Made by a program: the position numbers and the translations under genes
Shown: one piece after another, positions 1-11,381 of the stretch
Layout: each line of letters starts with the position of its first letter
Numbering within the stretch: position 1 is the first letter of the stretch
The notes under the pieces: generated by a model
The model's input: the letters and a program-made list of their open reading frames with translations, nothing else
Databases searched by the model: none
Told to the model about the DNA's origin: nothing
Source of the DNA: Styela clava
Lineage: Eukaryota
DNA: 64,000 nt
Assembly: GCF_964204865.1 (NCBI RefSeq)
Contig: NC_135258.1
Coordinates: 5,828,001-5,892,000, forward strand
Reading direction: 5' to 3'

Positions 1-470
1 ATATAAATATAACTTCAAATTCTATTGTCGCTTCAAGCAAACTTCAAGAGAAAAAATCCTACAGTGGATTATTCAGGACAGATTGCTGTTCGTACCTCAG
101 ATGGGTTCCTACATTGAAGATGGAAAATTGCCACCAGTAGAACAATCATCAGTTCAGTTTGTGTGTAATAACTCCCATCTCCAATGCTAATAGTAATTCA
201 TGCACAAATCCCAGCAATGTCTTGAAAATTATGATGCTGTCAGTTTCTTATGACCTTTTGCCGTCGGTTCGCCACCGACGCCTAATTTCACAAATCTATT
301 AATTAAATTATATCTGTTAATAAAGAAAATAAGATGAATTTAAACAAAGTACCATGAATTCGAAAAGAACGACGCCTATTTTTACAACTGCAATTGCTAG
401 AATGATTGTTCGCAAATGTAGATCTTAACTGCAAATATAAGTGTATGCATTCAAAATTGACAAAAATAGA

Positions 471-537
471 CATTTTTGCATTCCAGCTTTGAGTTTTTTT
501 TATTAGATAGTAAATCCAATTAACTTTTTCAAAACTC
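471..537 (-). pseudogene. Decayed fragment of the RMI1 3' coding region
   Basis: ttttgcattccagctttgagttttt and agtaaatcc.attaacttt.tcaaaact match 7532-7556 and 7606-7633, with an internal deletion. Confidence 0.65.
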
Positions 538-819
538 ACAAAATCCCATCATGTAATATATACTGTAAATGCATGCAGAGAATAAAAAAAATATAGTGCC
601 GGTAGGTAAGTGATATAATGAGTGACACTGATATATAAAAAAATAACAGAGATTCAGAAAAAAGATTCGAACACCTAAGAGGTAAACAACAATAAAATAA
701 AACATAAGTCATACAATTGGTATTTGTGCCTGGTTAACATTGACAAATGCGCTGGTTCAAACACAAGAGGTCTAAGCCAATCCCTGCACATATCCTCTGT
801 TTTTACGATACTCTTATAG

Positions 820-1030
820 TGTGCGAGCCATCGGACACCGGAACGAAGTATGTTCACCAGGTTAGAGTTAGGCCATAATTTTATTCCAATTTTCTATATT
901 TTTGTTCTATTACGAGTTCGGGGACTAGCCAAGTGACAACCATAGTATTTGTACCTGAAATTATGGCCTAACCTGGTACATATACTACGTTCCGGTGTCC
1001 GCCATCTTGGTTCACATACTACGGGAGCAC
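820..1030. mobile_element. Palindromic MITE family A (ggttag(g)gttaggccataatt core, ctacgggagcac end)
   Basis: Inverted arms; related full or partial copies at ~31200-31312, ~34990-35205, ~36040-36118, 50703-50920, ~55950-56003, ~57515-57627 and ~61440-61650. Confidence 0.75.
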
Positions 1031-1619
1031 TGTTTTTACAACTACAATTGCTAAAATGATTGTTTGCAAATGTAGATATAAACTGCAAATATAAAAGCAT
1101 GCATTAAAAATTGACAAAAATAGCGGTGAATCCATCTTCCCCACTAATATAAACGTACAAATTTTATTAAAAATAATTCAATTTAAAACAGGAATTATAA
1201 TTATAGGAAAATTTAGAAAAGTAGAGGTAAAAGTAGAGGTAAAAGTAAGTGCTTTTCTCAGGTAATTGCTTTGATGAAAACTATAGTTGAAGCATAGGAC
1301 AGCAAATAAACAAACTTTCATAACATCTGGGATGAAAACCCAATCTTTTGAATCAAAGAGCTTCACATGCACTATGTTTTATTAATTGCAATTCATTCAT
1401 TTATGTTGTATTCAAAACCTTGATGAAGGAAAGACAAAATGAGTAGTTCATGAATAAGGTCAAATATTGAAAACAAAGTCAAATTCAAAAGTAAGACACA
1501 AATATGGATAGCAAAGAAGCCGCAACTATAGACATTTTTTGAAATGTAGGTCTTGCAGAAATACAAATATTTTAAGAACAAATTTAATAATTGAACACCT
1601 TAGTGTGATTTATGATAAG

Positions 1620-2550
1620 TCAGGTGTAAGGGGAATGATTGTATTGTCTTCTCCTTAGGGGTCTATCTACAACAGGCTAAGAATTGGGATGGATATGCTC
1701 CCAATCATAGTTTGAATGGCCTCCTCTGTGGATGGCTATTGAGGCTGCCATACAAACAGTAAGTAAGGAATAGGAATGATTAGGGCTGGGAATTTCAGGG
1801 GAAACAAAATTGACCGGTTAACCGCAGCTTATGTTTGACGTAATAATCTATAATTTCAGCTTGTTACGTCACACAGGGTCAAAGCAATTTCGTGTGATTT
1901 TATCCCGGTATCGCTCAAAAATATTCACGAATGAAGATAGTTTCATGATCACTCAAGAGATATGCAACGCTGTTCGGACATATGGAAACATTTTACTAAA
2001 ACCCGAATCCGTTATTAAATGTCATTCATCATTTATGTCATAAATTCCACATGCGAATTCTACTCTGAGATATCATAAAGGAAAACAGATTCTGAATTTA
2101 TCATTGTCAAATGTTCATAATTAGCAATCTTGGTACTTCAATTATTTTTCACATTCATTGGGTCCTTACCAATACAATTAGGGATATTCTTTTGAATTAA
2201 ACGCTACAGAATTTTAACTTGCGATGAGTCGATGACGTAATCATTTTTGAAAAAATTGTGTACCTGAGATGTCAGTTAACGGTTAAAATAAATCGTAACC
2301 GTTAACCATCTAAAATCAGTTGACCGATTAACCAGTTAACCATTCCCAGCCCTAGGAATGATATATGATTTCGATTGACATTTGAAGGGCCTCCCCATAG
2401 AGGACAAATTGGGTTGCAATATAAACAGCAGGTTAGGGGTAGGAATGGATATATGGTTTCAATCGTCATATTAATGGCCTCCTCTGAGGACAGTTATTGT
2501 GATGCTATATAAAAGGCAGGTCCGATTTAAAAAAATGATATTGTTTTCGA
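1620..2550. repeat. Degenerate ~88-bp tandem repeat, split by the hAT MITE
   Basis: Recurring cagg...ggaatg.atat...ggcctcc...aaacag units on both sides of the insertion. Confidence 0.6.
1781..2354. mobile_element. hAT-type MITE
   Basis: TIR tagggctgggaat/attcccagcccta; perfect 8-bp TSD ggaatgat; subterminal ggttaacc repeats. Confidence 0.9.
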
Positions 2551-3829
2551 TAAGGTGTCATGGTCAAGTTTATCTTTTCTAATCAGCAAAATAATAAGCG
2601 ATACAATTGAAAAATATTGAAAACATAATTTTGCTGGGGAAGGGAAGCTGCGGAGAACAATAAGCTATAATTTGTACAGACTCATAATACTGCAATAAAT
2701 TAAAAAATTCAATGAACGATGAAAAAGTTCAAGTGAGTAATAAACTTGGTCACTTGGAACATGACGAAATGCCACATATTGTCACATTTGGGACCCGGAA
2801 ATGATAAGTCGATCTGACAGACTCGTTTTATTGAGAATATTCAACACGTGAAATAGAAAAATGCGACACATCAAATGCAAGAAAAACAACACAGTAATGA
2901 TGACGACGACAAGATAGCGATAATCATCACGATGCCGATATACAATTGAACGAGCCCGAACTAAACTAAAACTTAGACCACGCGGACTGCCGACACATAT
3001 ATAATACAAAATTCATTAACTAGAACAATAGCCTGGAGCAATCTAGTTTTAATTTAGAGTAATAGGAATAAAATTCAACTGGTTAGGAATAGAAAATTGA
3101 GCAAGATTGGCATAAAATATGGTAAAAAGTTTTGTATAAAGAACACCAACACATGTTAAAAATATGACAAAAATATAGGTAACATCAGAATTACTATTAT
3201 TTTGGTCTGGGTTATTAAAGTCCAAAAATAAAATATTAAGTTCAGATTGACACAAGTCATGGATTCCATGCTTTTGTAGCATATATGATTTGAATAGTAC
3301 ATAATAAAAAAGTACAAAGATAGTACAAAGTAAAAAGGATGAATTTAAAAGCTCCCAAATTACTTCTACTAAGTATACGAGTTTAAGACACAGGGATACT
3401 CAAAACGGTAAAATCTACTTTCAAATATATTCTAAAATAATACTGTTGAATGTCGAATATATATTATAGAATGGGCCATGCTTGAAAACTAACAAATTCA
3501 AGTTAATATATATTCAATTAAACAATTCAGGAGTCCTGCTGCAACAACGACCTTGTTGTAAACTGCTTGTCTGAGAAAGTCTGATTTTGGTCAGACAAAC
3601 GTTACAGAAATACATTTGTGTTAGTGTGCAGCAGGACTCTTGAATTGCATATTATGGTATTTTTATTCCTGCTACAGCATCCTTGCATTATACACATACG
3701 ATGCACTAGCGCAGAGGCATTGAGGAAGGATTGGGAGTCAGTCTCACTTAACCTCTACTGATAGTTATATTCAATTATTCTGAAATGCAGGAAAGATAAG
3801 ATAAAAAGTGATTTGATTGGTTTCATGAC

Positions 3830-4159
3830 CTATTTTTTGTCTTTGTGTATCTTGTTCAAGCCATCAGCTAATTTCAGAGCTCTTTCAGACCCTTCACAGG
3901 CTTCAACCCACTCAGACGGAATCATCTCAATTCCGTAATATGCTCCAGCGATCGCCCCAGTCATTGACCCTATGGTGTCAGAATCCTCACTTATTGCCAC
4001 AGCGTAGATAACAGCCCGTACAAATCCGTTAAATTTGGATAATTCTGGAATGTTTTTTTCATTGAGGGTGTAAAGGAAACAAAAAATTGCAGCAGGTACA
4101 GCTTCATGTGCAGTGACGTCTGTCAATATATCTGCATCCATAACGTCTTCTGCTTTCAC
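3830..4159 (-). CDS. ADPRS: ARH3 coding exon 2 (joined protein ~352 aa)
   Basis: Acceptor ttcatttag|GTG, in frame with exon 1; AVPAAIFCFL and DSDTIGSMTGAIAGAYYG motifs of ARH3. Confidence 0.92.
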   Translation of the reverse strand: MKAEDVMDADILTDVTAHEAVPAAIFCFLYTLNEKNIPELSKFNGFVRAVIYAVAISEDSDTIGSMTGAIAGAYYGIEMIPSEWVEACEGSERALKLADGLNKIHKDKK

Positions 4160-4528
4160 CTAAATGAAGAAAAAATAGGTTTGGACTTTGGAGCTAATTC
4201 CAGATAATAGTATAAATACTTAACTTAACAAAACGAGTCATGACGTGGCATTATTGAAATGCTCAAATGCATATTAGTAGTAGGGCCAAGAATAGTTTTT
4301 GTAAATAAATATCTACTATATATCACGGCAAATCATTTTAGCTAAGTCACATTTTTTGGGTGTTGAGTAAATCATATTTTTTGGGTGTTGAGTAAATCAT
4401 ATTTTTTGTCCGTAAAATATGGTACATGCCAGGCTAACAAATCTAAAAACAAACAGGTCGGTAATGCGGGGAGATGAAAAAAAGTCAAACTGTGAAAAAC
4501 ATGACATGATGTACTTTGATTGCAATAC

Positions 4529-5257
4529 CTCAGTTTTCTGTTTTAGCAGTTTCACAACAATTTTAATTTTTTCATCGTAAACATCCAATTCCTTTTTCGT
4601 TTTTGTCAATTTTTTTAAATCTGTCATCAATTTTTTGGCAAACGCGACAGGATCATGAATATTTTCCGATTTCATCGCTTTCTCGATCGCTAACGCTTGC
4701 AAAATCGCTCCGTTTATTCCCTTTGGGTTTGTGTGAGTCAACTTCGACTGACTTGAGGCTAATTCTGCAATTTTAACTTTGTCTTTATGATGAAACAATG
4801 GAACTGGTGATACTCTCATCGCCGATCCATTTCCATAAGAGCCCTCTCCGTCAAATTGTTCTTTTGCTGGATCGAAGGGGTTGCGGTAATCATTTTCTTT
4901 TGTCGACTTGAAAATAGAGACGACATTTCCGCCATAAAATCTTTGTGGTGACGAAGCAAAGTAGGTTTCTCCAAAGTTTTTAGCGACATTTTGTGGAACA
5001 AATTCTTTACACTCGACAAGTGATTCACCAAGGTCAAAGGTCATACAGGTGTCATCAGTATACAAAACAAACCCCTTTTTCTCATCCTTCTGTGAGTTTA
5101 CTCTGTCTATTACGCTTTCGTAATATCTAACGACCCGTTCAGTTGGCGTTATACACCAACTTTCCTCAAATCTTGCACCAAGGCAATCCCCAAACAGAGC
5201 ACCAAGTATGGTTCCCTGAAATTTTGAAACGAGTGACACTCCTTGAGATGACGCCAT
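4529..5257 (-). CDS. ADPRS: ADP-ribosylhydrolase ARH3, coding exon 1
   Basis: GALFGDCLG, YTDDT catalytic motif, GSYGNGSAMR. The ORF is cut at donor GAG|gtattg (4529, phase 0); 243 codons. Confidence 0.92.
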
Positions 5258-6704
5258 TTTTAGATGGATATTAAAATAAATGTCTGTGATTAAACACTGA
5301 AATCATGTAAAGAAATAATATAAAATATACCAGGAAAAGCGGAATGAAGATTAGTTTAGTTTAAAAAGAACGCAGTGTATGAATTAACGTTGATGCAGTT
5401 GTATAGAACAATTTAAAAAGCATCGAAAATTAATTGCACTGATGCGAATCATATTGCCATTAAGCTGTGTTATCGGCTTTCGTCTCCCCCGGGATGAATA
5501 AGGGTACCTGCTATGGGTACCTTTTAAATTCGTTTCTTATCTGTTTCATGGAGAGAAAGTAAAATACGCCTTACTGAATTGCAATCAACAATTACGGATA
5601 CTTATTTAGCATTATCAGTGCCAATTAAAAAAATGATTGTCCCGAAAGCAATAGTGTTTATGTGCAACGTTCTAAATTACCGGTGCATAGTCTTATCTTA
5701 CAAAATGTTTAGTTTACGGCCAATATACGCGAACAACAGCATCACTTTAGGTATTTATTTAGGAGCTATGTTAAAGTATTGAACTCAGGAATTGGACCTG
5801 AGTCCTGCCCAAATACTCGGATTCGGCCGAGCCGAACCTTTTTGGATTAGTCGCATCACTAATGAGACATCTTTGCTGGCAGGCACAAATATAACAGCAA
5901 CATGAATAATGCATACTGACAAAAGATAACATACTCAAATTACTGTGCGCTGGAAGAGGCAGAAGTGAGCGTTTAGTTCAAACCCAAGTTTTAATAAGCA
6001 ATACCCACATTATTACATCCAATGCACAAACCAATAAGCCATTGAACCTGCCCTCCATATGTAACATTCCTTAGAAAATAATTTTAACTTTTCGTAAAGA
6101 TCTTTGAATCACAAAACAATGTCCTAATGAGAGATTCAAGCAAACAGACGAGATCTAAGATGAACACAAACATTTTGGGATAGATTGATGTTCGTGCTTC
6201 TGACAGGTCGCTTTGAATGTGAAAATCCATCTGTTCAGTTGGTGTGTAATATTTCCCAATGCTGATCCTAACCAGTGTTATGCTATAATTATCAAACTGC
6301 TTTCTCTTGTGTCATTTTACTGGCAGCTCACAAGCAACACCTATTCTTCTAGATCTAATAATAAATCTGAAAGGAAAATAGATGAATTTAAACAGAGGAT
6401 CACAAATTTGATAAATTAAACTTGTTACTGTTGGTTTGGCAATGATAAAATGGCAGTTTTATCAAGCACATAAAAATGTAAATACAGAATGTTGGAAAAA
6501 TAGAAAATACAAAAAAAATTGAGCCGATTTTGGAGTTTATATTATGACATATAGCAGGAGTGTTTCACAATAAACAACAAAATTTTGATGTTTTTCCCCA
6601 AGAAGTTGAAATTTACTTTTATTTCAATTTTCCTATAGGAATAGATGAATATGAACAGATTCATATAGACTTGCACTGTATTAGGCAAGTGCAGTTTCAA
6701 GTAT

Positions 6705-7125
6705 TTTGTGGCGTCTAGAGCTGCCGCAAAACCATGGCGGGATTTCCAAACCATGGCCGCTATGACCAAACTCACGGCTATTGACCAATAGCAGGCTGCC
6801 CCTCGTGACGGCAGCAAATCGAATACCACCAATTTTGCTGCCGTAACCAAGGCATGTTGGCTGTAATAGCAGGGCTGCCCCTGATGGTGATAAATATTGG
6901 GTAAGTTGAAACGCTTTTCCTATGAAAACAGTTTTGATGTGTTTGGGGTTAGGTCTAGGTTTAAGTAGATATAATTCCGCATGATAAACCGGAATATTGT
7001 ACATGACTTTGTAAATATACCGGTAATAGCACAATAAACCCATGGCAAGAGACACCGCGGTACTTTCGTGGCAGGAGCTGCCATGAAGTGGTAAAAACTG
7101 CGCCTCGTATTAGGTCCCACATCAA
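6705..7125. repeat. GC-richer repeat-like element with internal palindromes and a ggggttagg core
   Basis: Hairpin acggcagcaaa...tttgctgccgt; base composition unlike flanks; overlapping ORFs have no recognisable motif. Confidence 0.4.
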
Positions 7126-7428
7126 CTGGCATGTAATACAATAGCATAATATCTCCTGAACTCTTTATATTTCAGTGATTGCCAATAAATTTGCTCATAC
7201 ACGAGTCTTTTACTTCTGAGTACGAGTGACTTTGCTCTGAACTTAAATTTTAATAAGAAACAGTTCTATTTTCCATCGCACATCGGTTTGGCGCCAAGCA
7301 GAGATAACACAGTAGTAATGCAAAAGTTCTTCATTTTTGAGTGAGTGCACATGAGTTTGCTATATAAATTCTCATAAAATAAACGAACCCCTTTGTCCAA
7401 CTCGCTTTACTAGAACCGTGATAAATAG

Positions 7429-9678
7429 TTAAAGCTCAATGCTTGTGATAAAACTTTCAGTAGAAGAAGTCGCAGTCTTAAAAATTTTGATGTTCATAAA
7501 ATGACACATAGAAATTATAGTCGCTCTGCAATTTTGCATTCCAGCTTTGAGTTTTTCTCGTTGTTGAGTGTTTTGTGACGCTTTCACAGCCTCTGCCTCT
7601 GGGACAGTAAATCCTATTAACTTTCTCAAAACTTCGTTTGAAAATTCTGCATCTAATGTGTCCGTCCCATCACAGATTCTTGCTTTTAATCCCCAGCCTA
7701 TAAAAGCATCAGATCTTAGCTTTGATAATAGAGTTACGACGATGCATTTTGAACGAACATTGATTTCTTTTCGGCCTTGATATTTTGATAAAAACACTTT
7801 CGCTTGACACAGATAATCCATTTGATTAGTTTCTGGACACTCTGGATCCTTTTTTACGACGGAATTTAATGTATACGATGGCTTCACTTGTGGTATAGTT
7901 GAAGCTTGAATATGGTGAGACTTTGGTTTTAACTTTGTCTCATTTCTGGAGTTTAAAACAGGAATATCATCATCAAATATTTCCATATTATCATCTGACA
8001 TTAATAATGTTGAGGCCTCATCTCTATTTGTATGTGTTGATAACTTTTTTGGCGAGATGAATTCTGTGTGCTGTGATGGCCTATATTCTTGCTTATATGA
8101 GATATTTGTTTTACTAGGCTGAGGAAAGTTTCCTGAGGCACCACGCTGCATTGAATTTGGATCAGATTTAGTTGGTTTCTGAAACAAACTAGGACCTGGC
8201 ATTGCTTGTTTCTGATGGAGTGTTTCAGACTCTTTTTTTATTATGACAGAATTTGATAACTTACTTACTTCAGTATTTTTGCTGCCAAAATTGGATGAAT
8301 TTATTGCTTGTTTTTCAAGTGAACTGCAACCCGGCATCGCTTGTTTCTGATATAGCATTTTTGACTCTTTCTTTATTATGGCAGAATTTGATAGCTTAGG
8401 TACTTTAGGATTGTTGATGCCAATGTTGGTTGAATTTGTAGCTTGTTGTTCATTTGTATTATTAACCAAATGCTTATCCAAGTCTGCATCTGCCAGTAAG
8501 TCATCAATACCCTCCTCATCGTCAGAAATTGTGATAATATCAAATTTTTTACCACCAGTATTCTTGATAGTAGAAGTTGATGACGTCGCGCAATCTTTTT
8601 GATTGCATGATCCAGTATCTTCAAAATGGGTTGAAACTAAGCTTGAAAGTACGGCATCGTCCATAGAATCATCAAAATCTGCATCGGCCATGATTTGATC
8701 CAACTCAGCATCATCGAAATCTACATCAACATTTCTTGAACTAGATTGGGCTTGATTCTCGAAACTACTAAGAACTCTTCGCTGATTGGTTTTTGTATTT
8801 ATTGTTCTGTTTTGAATATAATTTCCATGACCACTTTGGTTGGAATTTGCAACATTTGTTCGATTTCGAGCGTTTTCATTTCTTGAATTCGGCTGATTTC
8901 GGCTTTGATTTTCAGAGCCTACAAGGCTTCTTTGTCCCGGATTCGCAACATTAATTGTCCGATTCTGTGGTGATTCATTTCTTGTGTTTGCCTGACTATT
9001 TTGACTTACAGTATCCGATATGTTAGTTTGAGCAGTAGGGTTTGTTGGAATAGGCCTGTTCAATCCTCTACAAAGCATAGCTTCATAGTTACACGATTGA
9101 AACATATCCTCCACTTCTCCTCCTAATATATCAATATTACTTTGTTTCAGCATCATAACTCCACGTCTACAAATAACAGGTCCTCGTATAGTAATTTTCG
9201 TACCAGGGGTTATTTTTTCATTTATTTTTGGTATTTGGGTATATTCCATACCAGATATTTCCTGTACGCCATCAGTAATGCTCATCATTAGCATTCGTGA
9301 TGGCTTTGCTTCCCATGGCTTTTGTGTCGCTTGTGTTTCCGCACACACAAACATATTAGAGTTCTCTTTATTTTGTCTTTGTAATAACTGTGAGTATTTT
9401 GGCTGTGAAACATCTAATACATTGTCAATTTGGACACAATAAATCCCTTTTAAAGTATAAGCATCATTTGTGATTTCGGAAGGAAGGCATCCTTCTCCAA
9501 AGTCTCTCAAATCAGTCAAAAGCCATTGCTCGTAAACTAAATTTCTGATTGTCGTAGGATCAGTAGGGTTCGGATTCTCAGATCTCAACCATTCCAAACA
9601 TGCTGAAACCCAGTCATTGGGAACTGAAATATGCTTTGACTTCAACCAGGCAGAAATAGCGTTTGTTGAAGTTGACAT
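7429..9678 (-). CDS. RMI1: RecQ-mediated genome instability protein 1, single coding exon, 749 aa
   Basis: N-terminal WVSACLEWL/YEQWLLTDLR, OB fold (SRMLMMSITDG...GMEY...PGTKI...RGVMML...ILGGEVE), disordered middle, C-terminal OB fold (ICDGT...VLRKLIGFT). Confidence 0.95.
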   Translation of the reverse strand: MSTSTNAISAWLKSKHISVPNDWVSACLEWLRSENPNPTDPTTIRNLVYEQWLLTDLRDFGEGCLPSEITNDAYTLKGIYCVQIDNVLDVSQPKYSQLLQRQNKENSNMFVCAETQATQKPWEAKPSRMLMMSITDGVQEISGMEYTQIPKINEKITPGTKITIRGPVICRRGVMMLKQSNIDILGGEVEDMFQSCNYEAMLCRGLNRPIPTNPTAQTNISDTVSQNSQANTRNESPQNRTINVANPGQRSLVGSENQSRNQPNSRNENARNRTNVANSNQSGHGNYIQNRTINTKTNQRRVLSSFENQAQSSSRNVDVDFDDAELDQIMADADFDDSMDDAVLSSLVSTHFEDTGSCNQKDCATSSTSTIKNTGGKKFDIITISDDEEGIDDLLADADLDKHLVNNTNEQQATNSTNIGINNPKVPKLSNSAIIKKESKMLYQKQAMPGCSSLEKQAINSSNFGSKNTEVSKLSNSVIIKKESETLHQKQAMPGPSLFQKPTKSDPNSMQRGASGNFPQPSKTNISYKQEYRPSQHTEFISPKKLSTHTNRDEASTLLMSDDNMEIFDDDIPVLNSRNETKLKPKSHHIQASTIPQVKPSYTLNSVVKKDPECPETNQMDYLCQAKVFLSKYQGRKEINVRSKCIVVTLLSKLRSDAFIGWGLKARICDGTDTLDAEFSNEVLRKLIGFTVPEAEAVKASQNTQQREKLKAGMQNCRATIISMCHFMNIKIFKTATSSTESFITSIEL

Positions 9679-10284
9679 GACGCAGGTAAATGCAGTCTAT
9701 ATATATTTTAGTTTTATTGATACTGCAAATATTGAATATGTTTTGAGATTTCAAACATGAATTGTAATTCAGCTATCAAAAGAGTGAATCGCATTCAAAA
9801 AATCAAATGTTTTAGGGAAAAAAATTTCATTTTTCATTTAAATCTGTAAATGCAGCATTACTAATGCTATTTACTAATTTCGGTATTTAACATTACTTTA
9901 ATGCTTACGAATTTGTCAAAAAGTATCTAAAATGTACAAAAGTCAGATTACGAAATGTAGGCTACTTATATTATGTTTCAAAACACAGAAATATGGAGTA
10001 CACAACACAACAACTCATACAATATATAGTATTGTAAAGTATATATGGGCCTAGTAATCTTTATGTGCCATCTCTTAAAACAATGTTATTTTGAAGATAT
10101 TGAACAATATTTAGTGTTCATATGACAGTATGAAGCATCTGTTATTTCGGTATTTAGTATTTATATAGCTAAATGGACTACGGTATTTTTCTTTAAAACA
10201 TCTAGTTGTCCCCAAAACCAAAGGAAATTAGGTAAAATTAGCAGATACTTTTTGCATATCAACAAGACTCTATATTTCTTTATT

Positions 10285-10720
10285 GGGGCCTCGTGTAGTT
10301 TCGTACCTAATGTACTTCTAGTGTGCGTTTTTTGATAAGTCAATCCTAACCCCCATCTGACTACGCCATCCAAAAATTACGTCACTACAACATCACAATC
10401 ACGTCATAGAGCTTGCCAAATATACATACAATCGCCCGAAATGGCATTGGCGCCGACGATAAAGAACTGACTAACATTATCGATCTCTCTCCTATTGGAA
10501 TCATTGCGACGAGAAAGCGAGAGATATAACTGTTCGATTTCGGGTGCTAGTTTGCGCGTCTTGGATGGCAGTTCGTATAGTTTGAAGGGCTCTATTACGA
10601 CACTGCGAGTCTGTGACGTCGTGTTGACATAATTTTTGGATGGTGTAGTCAGGTGGGGGTTAGGAATAAATTGTCATGCTACGCCCACTAGAAGTATGTT
10701 ACAAAACTACATGAGACCCC
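10285..10720. mobile_element. Long-TIR MITE with 6-bp TSD
   Basis: ~100-bp imperfect TIRs (ggggcctcgtgtagttt / aaactacatgagacccc; cctaacccccatctgactac / gtagtcaggtgggggttagg) flanked by tttatt on both sides. Confidence 0.85.
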
Positions 10721-11068
10721 TTTATTGCTCTGATATTTTTATTTCACATTCAGTCTGTCTAGTGATTTTCCTACACCACCCCTCCACCTAATTTTTAAGT
10801 GTGACAGCACATTTCAGTTTCTTCTAACATAAATATAATTAGAGGGTCTACCTTTAATAAATTTTCTTTAATAAAAAGAAAGTGACCCGCTATGACTCAC
10901 CGTACGAGTGCTGGAGTGCGAACAGGAGAATGGGTCAGCCAAACACATTTTATCCCTAAATTGGGCATACAAAACATGACAATTGCCTTAAGTTAAAACT
11001 TTGACAGCTATACGAAAAATTACCGGTAAGGGCAGATGTAGAAATTCCTGACGTAACCTAAATTTACC

Positions 11069-11271
11069 GGTGACCGTACATTTGAACCCACGTACATTTG
11101 AACCCATGTGTATATCCACGGGTTCAATCTATATGCAGGTGCTAAAACCCATGGGTTAGGGTTAGTATGGGTTTAACTATCCGTGAAACAAAAAAAATTC
11201 CATAGGTGCAATAGCATACAGGTGCAATTGTCATGGGTTCAAATGTACGTGGGTTCAAATGTAATGGAACC
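11069..11271. mobile_element. MITE with 9-bp TSD (Mutator-like)
   Basis: TIR with tandem tacatttgaaccca; TSD aaatttacc at 11060-11068 and 11272-11280; central gggttagggttag. Confidence 0.85.
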
Positions 11272-11365
11272 AAATTTACCTGAAAAGAGTCGTAATTTTC
11301 TTGCAGTCATCGTTTTATAAACATTTCAAGACTGGGAGAACAACAATCAAAAATACATGGTAGAG

Positions 11366-11381
11366 TAGCGCCACCTAGCGA
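11366..11381 (-). promoter_or_regulatory. Candidate CTCF site in the divergent RMI1/GTSF1 upstream region
   Basis: The minus strand reads TCGCTAGGTGGCGCTA, close to the CTCF core consensus; CpG-richer region ~11500-12250 lies nearby. Confidence 0.45.

Noticed and set aside
4397-4528. 3' extensions of track ORFs (also 33572-33588, 34794-34889, 57875-58084)
   Set aside because: Read-through into introns past canonical donors.
6930-6970. Telomerase RNA template (CCTAACCC on the minus strand)
   Set aside because: The same motif occurs in many MITEs here; no pseudoknot or H/ACA domain could be supported.
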